Shown piece by piece: positions 29,775 to 38,660 of a stretch of DNA of 64,000 nt (the first letter of the stretch is position 1; the number at the start of each line of letters is the position of its first letter). The notes under the pieces are model-generated. The model was given only the letters and a program-made list of their open reading frames with translations, did no database searches and was not told where the DNA came from. The stretch covers positions 4,704,001-4,768,000 of the forward strand of contig CBDIID010000003.1 of the NCBI GenBank assembly GCA_965279515.1, given 5' to 3'. A program made the position numbers and the translations under genes. Source of the stretch: Turneriella sp. GTDB taxonomy: Bacteria > Spirochaetota > Leptospiria > Turneriellales > Turneriellaceae.

Positions 29775-30476
29775 GTGACCGTCAATACCTGGCACCGGCG
29801 CATCGCCATTACGGCCGTTCTCTTCTTGGCGGTGACGGCGCTGACCGGAATTCTCTGGGCCTATGCGCCGCACCTCTACTTTAAAGAAGGCTACCTTCAG
29901 AAAAAGAGCGGTGCTGCGCAGAAACCCCTGACCGCCGCCAAGGTCTCCGTAGCGGACGCGCTGGCATCGGCGATCGCCGTCTTTAAAACCGAGAAGGGCA
30001 TTCTCAGCGCGACGCTGCGCGCCGAGGCCGACGATCTGTTCTACGAAGTGCAGCGCAAAGAGGGAAAAGAGTATTCTTCAGTGCTCGTCGATGCCATCTC
30101 CGGCGATGTCGTAAGCCCGCTGGGTGAAGAGGCCGCGATCAAAATCGCCGCGCAGTATGTCGTGGGAAATCCCCCTTTGAAAAAGGCCGAGGCGCTGACT
30201 GGGTATAAGCACCGCAACGGTAAAAAATTTAAGGCCGCTTATAAAGTCGCTTTCGCCGCACCGGGAAATCCCGAGATTTTTATCGATCGTAACTCGGGAC
30301 TCATTCTCGAAGAGAGCGATAATGCGCGCAGCTTTCATTTTTGGGTGATGAAATTGCACCAGCTGCAGTTTTTCGGTACCAAGAAGGAACTCACCATCAT
30401 ACCGGGGCTCGCGCTGATCTTTTTGGTGATCACTGGCACCATCATGTGGATTCGCCGCTACCGCGCTGCGGGATGA
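29775..30476 (+). CDS. PepSY-domain / PepSY-associated TM protein
   Basis: WHRR...ALTG, two PepSY-like units (VDA.SG.V; ID..SG.I), LH, VITG..MW. Confidence 0.8.
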   Translation: MTVNTWHRRIAITAVLFLAVTALTGILWAYAPHLYFKEGYLQKKSGAAQKPLTAAKVSVADALASAIAVFKTEKGILSATLRAEADDLFYEVQRKEGKEYSSVLVDAISGDVVSPLGEEAAIKIAAQYVVGNPPLKKAEALTGYKHRNGKKFKAAYKVAFAAPGNPEIFIDRNSGLILEESDNARSFHFWVMKLHQLQFFGTKKELTIIPGLALIFLVITGTIMWIRRYRAAG

Positions 30477-30511
30477 CACAGCTGTCTATCCGCTTGACCA
30501 CCTGAGTTAGA

Positions 30512-30528
30512 TTGAGATTCAATCTCAA
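30512..30528 (+). promoter_or_regulatory. Fur-like inverted repeat upstream of the porin
   Basis: Perfect TTGAGATT-C-AATCTCAA; TTGACC at 30494. Confidence 0.7.
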
Positions 30529-30567
30529 ACTCATTTGAGGCACGATCTGGTATTTGGAGTTAGGTAT

Positions 30568-31902
30568 ATGAAGAAATTCCTCATTATAATGTTGGCAGCC
30601 GGCGCCGCGTTGGCCGCACAAGGCACCAAAAAAACAAAAGATGAAAAACCGGCTGCGGCAGAAACTTCCACCGCGAATGAACAAGACCGTAAAATCGAGA
30701 TACTCGCGCAGGAAATTGAAAAACTCAAGGCCGGGAAAGATCTCTTTCCGCAGGCCAAAGAGCAGGGGCGTTATGGTCTCGGCCCCGCCGCTTCCAAGGT
30801 CTATGAAATCAACCAGGGCGTATCGATAGGCGGCTATGGCGAGTTTCTCTACCAGCGCTTTGCGCGTACCAACCAGGCAGGTAACGACGCGAATAAGAAC
30901 GACGAGTTCGACACGCTGCGCACCGTATTTTACTTTGGTTATAAGTTTAACGATATGATCGTGTTTAACTCTGAGGTGGAGATCGAGCATGCGGGGCGTA
31001 CGGCGTCGACGTCTAGCAACACGACTGCGGGGGGCGCTTCGCACAATCACGCTGTTTATAAACCCGAGGTTTACGCCGAATTCGCCAATATCGACTTCAT
31101 GCTGCATCCCATGCTCAATATCAAAGCCGGCCTCATGTTGGTGCCGATGGGGATTTACAACGAGATGCATGAAGCGCCGACATTTCTGGCGACGACGCGT
31201 CCCCTGACAGAGCAGCGTGTGATTCCAAGCACGTGGCGCGAAAATGGCGCGGGTATTTTCGGGCAGATCTGGGATATTACCTACAAGCTCTATGCTGTGA
31301 CGAGCCTCGATGCCAAGAGCAGTGTCGACGGCTTTAACAGTCAGGGCCTGCGTGGTGGGCGCCAGAGCGGGCAGAAGGCGATTTCAAACGAGTTTTCGGG
31401 CGTCCTGCGTTTAGATTATGTCGGCATTCCGGGCACCAGCTTCGGCGCCTCCGGTTTTTGGGGAAAAAGCGGTCAGGCCGATAACGATCCGCATGAAACG
31501 ACGATTGTCGACGCCCATGCCGATGTGCGCGTTAAGGGGCTCTACCTGCGCAGCGTTATTGCGTTTTCTCAGGTCACGGGCGCTAACCGATTAGCCTCGG
31601 GCGGTGTTGGCCTTGCCGATGCCATGTACGGCGCGTACATAGAAGTCGGCTACGATATTTTCCGGTTCTTCAACATCAACCAGGAACTTTTTCCGCATAT
31701 CCGTATCGAGAAAATCGATACGCAGTATAAAGTTGCCTCGGGTAACCGGTTTGATGCCCAGTATGAACAGAACGTGCTGACTTTGGGCGTCGCCTATAAG
31801 CCGATACGCCAGATATCCGCCAAAATCGATTATTCGTTCCTGAGCAATAAGGCCGATACCGGGGTGAATCAATTGAATTTCGCGCTGGGTTATTTGTTCT
31901 AA
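30568..31902 (+). CDS. OprO/OprP-like outer-membrane porin
   Basis: Signal peptide, coiled coil, IGGYGE, FNSEVEIEH, P.G.YNE.HE, VIPSTWRE.G, C-terminal GYLF. Confidence 0.78.
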   Translation: MKKFLIIMLAAGAALAAQGTKKTKDEKPAAAETSTANEQDRKIEILAQEIEKLKAGKDLFPQAKEQGRYGLGPAASKVYEINQGVSIGGYGEFLYQRFARTNQAGNDANKNDEFDTLRTVFYFGYKFNDMIVFNSEVEIEHAGRTASTSSNTTAGGASHNHAVYKPEVYAEFANIDFMLHPMLNIKAGLMLVPMGIYNEMHEAPTFLATTRPLTEQRVIPSTWRENGAGIFGQIWDITYKLYAVTSLDAKSSVDGFNSQGLRGGRQSGQKAISNEFSGVLRLDYVGIPGTSFGASGFWGKSGQADNDPHETTIVDAHADVRVKGLYLRSVIAFSQVTGANRLASGGVGLADAMYGAYIEVGYDIFRFFNINQELFPHIRIEKIDTQYKVASGNRFDAQYEQNVLTLGVAYKPIRQISAKIDYSFLSNKADTGVNQLNFALGYLF

Positions 31903-31940
31903 CCGCAGCGGTCCCTCTTTCAGCTTGACGTCCTGTCAAA

Positions 31941-31959
31941 AATGAGAATGACTCTCATT
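31941..31959 (+). promoter_or_regulatory. Fur-like box upstream of the FMN-binding gene
   Basis: AA-TGAGAAT-G-ACTCTCA-TT; TTGACG at 31925. Confidence 0.72.
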
Positions 31960-31978
31960 CGGGTTTTGCCCGCAGGCT

Positions 31979-32524
31979 GTGACTGAATTGCGACGCATTT
32001 TTAATTTATGCTTTCTGTTTTCCGTTTTTTGTGCCGCAGTACACGCGCTGACGCTCAAAACTTTTCCGGACGCGATTCAAGGGGTCTATCCCGCCGCCGA
32101 TAACGTTAAACGGCAAACGCTCTATCTCACAGCCGATCAGTTGCGTCGCGCCGAACAGTCTGCGGGAGAAAAAATCGACACCGCGCTGCTCGTGGTATAC
32201 CGCATCACGCGTGCGGGGCAGCTTCTGGGGTGGGCCTATCTCGATACGCACCGGGTGCGGACATTAAACGAAACCATTTTGATCTGCGTCGACGGTGAAG
32301 AGCGGATTTCACATGTCGAGGTTCTGAACTTCAATGAACCGCAGGAGTATATTGCCTCGAGCCGTTTCCTCGAACTTTTTAAGAACCGCCGTTTGGACGC
32401 TCAGTTATCGCTGAAGGGGAGTGTGCCGACGACGACGGGCGCCACATTGACGTGCAGTGCGATTACTACGGCGGCAAGGCGAGTGCTTGCGCTGCATAAA
32501 ATTGTCCTGGAGCAGAAGCGCTGA
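31979..32524 (+). CDS. Exported FMN-binding (flavinylation target) protein
   Basis: Signal peptide; TTGATLT matches the [S/T]GA[S/T] flavinylation motif; HRVRT and F.EP.EY. Confidence 0.8.
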   Translation: MTELRRIFNLCFLFSVFCAAVHALTLKTFPDAIQGVYPAADNVKRQTLYLTADQLRRAEQSAGEKIDTALLVVYRITRAGQLLGWAYLDTHRVRTLNETILICVDGEERISHVEVLNFNEPQEYIASSRFLELFKNRRLDAQLSLKGSVPTTTGATLTCSAITTAARRVLALHKIVLEQKR

Positions 32525-33174
32525 TGCGGAGGCTTATGGAAAGGCTGCGGTTGCGCCGCTCGGGGAAGCATTACCGCAAACCAGCATCGGGCAGCAGCAG
32601 GGGTTCGGCAAACTTATCCCCGCGATTCTTATGGGTCTTCTATGCGGCAGGTTATCTGTCCGCCTATACCGGGTTTTTATTGCTGTTTTTTTTCCGTAAG
32701 CCGCCGGATTTCTATCCGTTATGGAAACAGTTGCTGGTGAAGTCGCATATCGTCGGGGTGGGTATCTGGCTTTTTACCTTCGGTATGCTTTTCAGCATTC
32801 ATGTTATTCCACAGCTCAAGAGCGGCATGAGGGTCGGCCGCCGGTCAGGCATCTTTTTGGTCGTCGTTTTGGTTCTCATGAGCCTGACGGGTTATGGTAT
32901 TCAGGTGATGCCGACGAGTTGGGGCATTGACCTAAGCCGTTACAGCCATCTCGTCACAGGCATGGGCTTCACGGCTCTCTTTGTCATGCACCTTGTTCTG
33001 GTGAAACCCCGCCTGCGCCTAGCGCTGGTTTCGGCGACAGCAGTGAGCTTTATGTTGGCGGCGCCGTTTTTTTTACTCAAAGTGGAGAATGTTTTTCCGG
33101 ATGAGATTCAGCTAAAGCCGGTATCGGCCGTGGATATGCCCGCCGCCGACAGTGCCCTCGTAAAAAAAAATTAG
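32524..33174 (+). CDS. Five-TM membrane protein with four membrane His (cytochrome b-like, DUF4405-like)
   Basis: SH...IH and SH...MH pairs in TM2 and TM4; SG..L...TGY motif; ends right after an A9 run. Confidence 0.7.
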   Translation: MRRLMERLRLRRSGKHYRKPASGSSRGSANLSPRFLWVFYAAGYLSAYTGFLLLFFFRKPPDFYPLWKQLLVKSHIVGVGIWLFTFGMLFSIHVIPQLKSGMRVGRRSGIFLVVVLVLMSLTGYGIQVMPTSWGIDLSRYSHLVTGMGFTALFVMHLVLVKPRLRLALVSATAVSFMLAAPFFLLKVENVFPDEIQLKPVSAVDMPAADSALVKKN

Positions 33175-33200
33175 TTTCTGACCATCTGACATCACGCATT

Positions 33201-34112
33201 TTGCCAGCAATGGGGACGCTCATCGAGCTGAGGCTTGTATGCCCCGATACCGCAACCTGTGAGCGCGGTTTCAGCGGCGCGGCCGATACGCTGGGTCTCA
33301 TCGATCGTCAAATGAGCCTTTACCATGAAAGCGAACTGACTCGGATTAACGCCGCCGCCGGTTCGTTGGATCCGATGCAAGCCGTGAGTATCGATACGGA
33401 GCGGGTCATAGCGACCGCATTGTTGGTCGCAAGCCGTTCGGAAGGATATTTCGATCCGACCATCGCCCCACTTCTGGATTTGTTCCGCTTCTATGAAGTG
33501 GAATCGGGAAGTCAGGTCGCAGAACCCGGGCCTGATAAAATTGCTGATGCCCTGGACCTCGTCAATTTCAGAAATCTGAGACTCGTTGGTCACCGCGCGG
33601 GGCTGATGCGCAGGGGAATGAAGATGGATCTGGGGGGGATCGCGAAGGGGTATGCATTGGATATCATTGCCCAAAGATTCAGAATGCTCGGACTGAGGCG
33701 TTTCTCCCTGAATTTTGGCGGGCATTTATTGGCGGCCGGTATCAGTCATGAAACTACCGTTCGTCATCCCCTGACGGGCCGGCCCTGGCTGGCCTGCCGT
33801 ATCAGCCGCGGGTCACTCTCGGTGTCGGCCCAAAATGAGCGTTTTGTGCGAACGGGCACGAAGCGCATCGGGCATATTTTCCATTCCATGTCCGGCGCAC
33901 CTATTGAACCTAATCAGATTATTGCAGTCTATCATGAATCGGCGATGCTCGCCGACGCCTGGTCCACAGCCCTGTTCTTTGCAGATGAGCGAAAATTTTT
34001 ATCCTGGGCGCGGCAAAATCAACTGATTGCTTACCGGTTGTCAGCTTTGAATATGGTTGGGCGTTCAGCCGCGGCGGAAACCGCGGATGTTTGTAAGCTG
34101 CTCGCTGGCTGA
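33201..34112 (+). CDS. apbE: FAD:protein FMN transferase ApbE (no signal peptide; probably the frameshifted C-terminal part of a fusion)
   Basis: AMGT, SEL.RIN, FDPTI.PL, DLGGIAKGYALD, NFGG, GHI, ADAWSTALF. Confidence 0.88.
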   Translation: MPAMGTLIELRLVCPDTATCERGFSGAADTLGLIDRQMSLYHESELTRINAAAGSLDPMQAVSIDTERVIATALLVASRSEGYFDPTIAPLLDLFRFYEVESGSQVAEPGPDKIADALDLVNFRNLRLVGHRAGLMRRGMKMDLGGIAKGYALDIIAQRFRMLGLRRFSLNFGGHLLAAGISHETTVRHPLTGRPWLACRISRGSLSVSAQNERFVRTGTKRIGHIFHSMSGAPIEPNQIIAVYHESAMLADAWSTALFFADERKFLSWARQNQLIAYRLSALNMVGRSAAAETADVCKLLAG

Positions 34113-34156
34113 ATTTAATCCATTTACGCTGCCAGACCCTTAATTTATGGGTTTGT

Positions 34157-34831
34157 ATGCAAAACATTGCCATGATGATTTTTCCGGGGGTTACGATCCA
34201 GGATTTCATCGCGCCCTTCGAGGTTTTCAGCCGCGTCGAAGAATTTTCAGTGCATCCGTTTTCGCCGGTCGGCGGCGAAATTGAAACCGAAGGGGGCCTG
34301 AAAATTTCGACGCCGACTTCGATCGACGGTGTCCTGTACTGCGACATCTTATTTATCCCCGGGGGCAAAGGCATTAACAAAATTCTCGCCGATGAAATCA
34401 TCCTGCGCAAGATTCATGATTTAGGGCAACGCTCACGCATGGTAACTTCAGTCTGTACCGGCTCGCTCGTGCTGGCTGGTGCGGGGCTGCTGAAGGGCTA
34501 CCGGGCGACCAGCCACTGGCGTTTCACGGACCTTCTCGAAATCTGCGGCGCGATACCGGTTGAAGAGCGGGTCGTGATCGACCGCAACCGCATCACCGGG
34601 GCCGGCGTTTCGGCGGGTATGGATTTTGCCCTGACGCTCGTGGCAAACCTGGTTTCGGAAAAACGCGCACGCGAGATTCAGCTGCAGATCGAATATGACC
34701 CCGCACCGCCTTTTGTCTCGGGGCATCCGTTACGCTGCGAAACGGATACACTCGACGCAGTCCGCTTGAAAACACAGGCAAGTTATGATCTGCGGAAAAA
34801 ACTTCTGCGCGAAATTCCGCATCTGAACTGA
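34157..34831 (+). CDS. DJ-1/PfpI family protein (isonitrile hydratase-like)
   Basis: IPGG.G, SVCTGSL.L..AGLL.G.RATSHW, GAGVSAG.D, IQL.IEYDP.PPF.SG. Confidence 0.88.
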   Translation: MQNIAMMIFPGVTIQDFIAPFEVFSRVEEFSVHPFSPVGGEIETEGGLKISTPTSIDGVLYCDILFIPGGKGINKILADEIILRKIHDLGQRSRMVTSVCTGSLVLAGAGLLKGYRATSHWRFTDLLEICGAIPVEERVVIDRNRITGAGVSAGMDFALTLVANLVSEKRAREIQLQIEYDPAPPFVSGHPLRCETDTLDAVRLKTQASYDLRKKLLREIPHLN

Positions 34832-34883
34832 TCTTAAGTAAACTCGCTCGCCTTCGGGCGATAATTTGATTATTTTAGGTGCC

Positions 34884-36668
34884 ATGAACTCCCATACGTT
34901 TATGCTCAACCTGCTGGTCTTTATGGCGGCAGCTGTTGTCGCGGTACCGATTGCGACACGTCTCGGGCTTGGTAACGTCCTGGGCTATCTCATTGCGGGG
35001 GCAGCAATCGGCCCATGGGGTTTAAAGCTCATCTGGAATGTTTCGGATATTCTGACATTTTCTGAATTCGGCGTCGTACTTCTGCTCTTTATCATCGGTT
35101 TGGAACTTCGCCCGGGGCGGCTCTGGAATATGCGCCGCGACATCTTCGGTTTTGGTCTCATGCAGATTGTCCTGTGTATGGTGGTGTTATTCGTGCCGCT
35201 GTTTCTCTGGGGTGTGGGATTGCTGCCTGGCGGGATTCTCGCCTTCGGTTTTGCGTTATCGTCCACAGCCTTTGCGATGCAGATTCTCACCGAAAAACAC
35301 GAACTCAACACACAGTATGGCCGGGCATCTTTTGCTGTCCTGTTGTTTCAGGATATCGCCGTAGTGCCCGTGATGATTATTCTGCCGATGCTGACACAGA
35401 ACGAGCAGGTGAGCCGCGGCGGATTTATGGCAATGGCGCCGGGCTTCCTCGCGCTTTTTGCAGTCCTTGTCGGTGCGCGCTACCTCGTGCAGCCTTTTTT
35501 CCGCATGGTCGTGAAGGCGAAGAGCCGCGAGCTTTTTACCGCGGCGGCGCTTTTGCTTGTCTTTTCCGTGGCCGCGCTTATGGAAGCCGTGGGTTTCTCG
35601 ATGGCACTCGGCACCTTTGTCGCGGGCGTCATTCTTTCGGAATCGGAATACCGCCACGAACTCGAAGCGAGTATTGAGCCCTTCAAAGGGCTCCTGTTAG
35701 GTTTGTTTTTTATTGCCGTGGGAATGAGCATGGATTTCGGCATTTTGCTGAAATATCCGGTGTTGATCCCCCTTGCTGTCGTGACACTCATGGCGCTTAA
35801 AATTATCGCCGTATACGTCGCGGGGGCCTTATTCCGTTACGAGGGTGAAACCAGCCGCAACATTGCATTCTTGATCTGCCAGGGCGGCGAGTTTGCCTTC
35901 GTACTCTTCAAGCTCGCGGCCGATAAGAGCCTGTTGACGCCGGAGACGCAGGCGATTGCGACAGTTGTGGTGGCGCTCAGCCTCGTCGCCACGCCTTTTG
36001 TCTACATGTTCAACAGCCGTGTGCTGCGCGTGAAGTTCAATTCCTCCGAATGGAAATTCGATGAGATGCCCAGCGAGCATAACCCGGTGATTCTCGCGGG
36101 TTTCGGGCGTTATGGGCAGATCATCGGCCGCATGCTGCGCCTCAATGAAATCGACTTCACCGCGCTCGAGATTGATTCCGAGCAGGTACAGGCCGTGCGG
36201 AAATTCGGCAGCAAGGTCTATTACGGCGACGCCTCGCGGCTCGATCTGCTTGAGGCCGCGGGGGCCGCACATGCGAAGATTTTCGTACTCGCAGTCGACG
36301 ATGTCGATGCGTCGCTGAAGATCGCGCAGATTGTCAGCCAGCATTTTCCCCACCTGAAAATCCTTGCGCGCGCGCGTAACCGCGCACATGCGCACGATCT
36401 TATGGATCTGAATGTCCATGATTTGCGGCGCGAGACCTATGCCTCGAGCCTTGAGACGGCGGATGTCATGCTGCGCGAACTCGGCTTTAGCGCGAAGAAG
36501 GCTGAGACGATGCTTGCAAAATTCCGCAAACATGACGAACAAACACTCGCCGAGAGTCAGAAGTTCCGCGGCAACGAAAAACTCTATATCGATTATTCCA
36601 ATCAGGCCGGTTTGCAGCTGGCCGAAGTTTTTCGCCAGGATGCCATCGCCGACGACAAAGCCGATTGA
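34884..36668 (+). CDS. KefB/KefC-type CPA2 K+/H+ antiporter with KTN domain
   Basis: LSSTA, VLLFQD, HELEASIEPFKGLLLGLFF, QGGEFAFV, GFGRYGQ, YYGDA. Confidence 0.92.
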   Translation: MNSHTFMLNLLVFMAAAVVAVPIATRLGLGNVLGYLIAGAAIGPWGLKLIWNVSDILTFSEFGVVLLLFIIGLELRPGRLWNMRRDIFGFGLMQIVLCMVVLFVPLFLWGVGLLPGGILAFGFALSSTAFAMQILTEKHELNTQYGRASFAVLLFQDIAVVPVMIILPMLTQNEQVSRGGFMAMAPGFLALFAVLVGARYLVQPFFRMVVKAKSRELFTAAALLLVFSVAALMEAVGFSMALGTFVAGVILSESEYRHELEASIEPFKGLLLGLFFIAVGMSMDFGILLKYPVLIPLAVVTLMALKIIAVYVAGALFRYEGETSRNIAFLICQGGEFAFVLFKLAADKSLLTPETQAIATVVVALSLVATPFVYMFNSRVLRVKFNSSEWKFDEMPSEHNPVILAGFGRYGQIIGRMLRLNEIDFTALEIDSEQVQAVRKFGSKVYYGDASRLDLLEAAGAAHAKIFVLAVDDVDASLKIAQIVSQHFPHLKILARARNRAHAHDLMDLNVHDLRRETYASSLETADVMLRELGFSAKKAETMLAKFRKHDEQTLAESQKFRGNEKLYIDYSNQAGLQLAEVFRQDAIADDKAD

Positions 36669-36711
36669 TTTTGCGATTGACTTCGCGTGCGCAACCTAAA
36701 AGGTCTCATCA

Positions 36712-38262
36712 ATGAAAAAAGCATTGAAAATTCTTAAGAAAATCATTATTGGTTTCTTTATACTCCTCGTGGTGATCGGGGTCGGCGGTTATATCGCCAT
36801 CAAGCTCGTCGTCACCAAAGACTTTGTCGCGAGCAAAATCGAACAAAACATCAACGGCCGCGTCGAAATCGCCGACATCTCCGTGCCGTTATGGGCGGCG
36901 TTCTCGGGCATCACAATCGACGGCTTTAAAATCGGCGCGCGCGACGCAGAAGTCGCGAAACCGATGAAAGAACGTACACCGATGAAAGACCAGATTATCG
37001 GTTTCAAAAAATTCAATTTTCAGGTGGCGATGGGTAAACTCATCACCTCATTCGGCAAGAACTTTGAGTTGAAGTCGCTCCTGATTACGGAGCCTACTGC
37101 ACATATCGTGCTCGGGGCCAATGGCGGCAATAACCTCGAAGCCTTACTCACAAAGCCAAAAACCAAAGAAGACCTGGCAAAAGAAGCCGAAGAACTGGCA
37201 GCCAAAAAAGCTGAAACAGCGAAAAAAGCGGCTAAAGCCGAGCCCAAGGCGCCCGAAAAACCATTCGATTTCCGCGAACTGACGACAGAAATCAAAATGG
37301 GTAAGATCGGCATCGAAGGCGGGTTCTTCACAATCAATGTGCAGAAACTGGGGCAAACACTGAAGGTCAGTGGCGCCAACGTTCTTTTACGCGATGTGCT
37401 GATTGATCCCAAAGATCTCGAGCACAAAAACCAACTGGGCCTGACGACGCAGTTTACACTGGAACTTGCCGAAGGCCGCGGTGGCGGAGTAAAATCTTTC
37501 AAGATCATTTTCGACCTGCAGGGCGGTATGGCACCGATCAATCCGAAAACCGGCGGGCCGGCAGAAGCTGTGACCGTGACGACAGGGCTCAAAAAGGGTT
37601 CGTATGTCACGGGTCTCGCGATTTTCGAAAAACTCAAGGGCCAGACAGAGATGCTGAACAAGATCGGTATCAAACTGAATTTCCTGGGTGAAACACAGAC
37701 CCTGGCAAAAGACGCGATCGGCACACTGACATATGCGGGCGGTCTCATTACGCTGAAAACGCCGCCGACTCTGGCAACGAACGATTTCGAGTTCGCGCTC
37801 ACAGCCGGCGATCATATCCACATCAAGACGCTGGACCACCACTTCCGCGGCGATCTGGCTCTGGCAGCGCAGCACACCAAGAAAGTCGAAGAGGGTCTGG
37901 ATAAAAATATCGCGGCGGGTATCGGACCTGCAGTGGATAAAATTCCTCCCGGGGCCGTGCGCGACAAGGCCAAGGCTGCTTTGACACCGGAAAAGATCCG
38001 CGCATCCGTGCTCGCTCCTGCCATGAAAAACGGACTGATTACCTTTGGCATCGATTCATCCGCGAGCATTTCATCGCCGAACGTCAAGGTGCTGACACCG
38101 CAGTTCCCGAGCCTGCAAAACCTGCTGCAAGACGAGCTCAAGAAAAATGTGCCTGACCTGAAGAGCCTCATGGGCGCAGAAATGGATAAACTGAAAGGGC
38201 AGGCGATGGATAAGGCCGGGGACGAGCTGAAAAAACACCTGCCCGGCATTCCAGGCTTCTAA
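36712..38262 (+). CDS. N-terminally anchored AsmA-like hypothetical protein
   Basis: Single N-terminal TM followed by a long beta-rich region. Confidence 0.55.
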   Translation: MKKALKILKKIIIGFFILLVVIGVGGYIAIKLVVTKDFVASKIEQNINGRVEIADISVPLWAAFSGITIDGFKIGARDAEVAKPMKERTPMKDQIIGFKKFNFQVAMGKLITSFGKNFELKSLLITEPTAHIVLGANGGNNLEALLTKPKTKEDLAKEAEELAAKKAETAKKAAKAEPKAPEKPFDFRELTTEIKMGKIGIEGGFFTINVQKLGQTLKVSGANVLLRDVLIDPKDLEHKNQLGLTTQFTLELAEGRGGGVKSFKIIFDLQGGMAPINPKTGGPAEAVTVTTGLKKGSYVTGLAIFEKLKGQTEMLNKIGIKLNFLGETQTLAKDAIGTLTYAGGLITLKTPPTLATNDFEFALTAGDHIHIKTLDHHFRGDLALAAQHTKKVEEGLDKNIAAGIGPAVDKIPPGAVRDKAKAALTPEKIRASVLAPAMKNGLITFGIDSSASISSPNVKVLTPQFPSLQNLLQDELKKNVPDLKSLMGAEMDKLKGQAMDKAGDELKKHLPGIPGF

Positions 38263-38267
38263 GATCT

Positions 38268-38591
38268 ATGAAAGACGTAGTCTTCTACGTCTTTTTGTTT
38301 TCCGTTTACGGCATTTTAGCGCTGAACTTTGGGGCGGCACAAAATGCCGGGGCGGAGCCCGTGCTGACGTGGAAGGTTCTGGGCTTCCATTTTTGTCTTT
38401 TTGCGGCCGTTGCCACGTTGGCGCGCTGGTCGGTGATGGCTTTCAAACGCCGCACAGACCAACTGCTTAAAGGGCAGAAAATTGTCGGTGTCGAAGAGGG
38501 CGAAGGGGAGCATGTCATCGATGTGCTGAAGCCCGCGGTCCTTAAGCGCGAGGAGAAAAAGCCGAAGCTGAAACGCCGGCGCCGCTTTTAA
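38268..38591 (+). CDS. Small two-TM hypothetical protein
   Basis: Two hydrophobic segments and a basic tail; starts just after the previous stop. Confidence 0.6.
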   Translation: MKDVVFYVFLFSVYGILALNFGAAQNAGAEPVLTWKVLGFHFCLFAAVATLARWSVMAFKRRTDQLLKGQKIVGVEEGEGEHVIDVLKPAVLKREEKKPKLKRRRRF

Positions 38592-38660
38592 GCGGAGAAT
38601 CGCTGCCGGTTAAATACACTTGACGTAGGGCTTTCCCGTCCGTATTATGTCGCATCTTCC

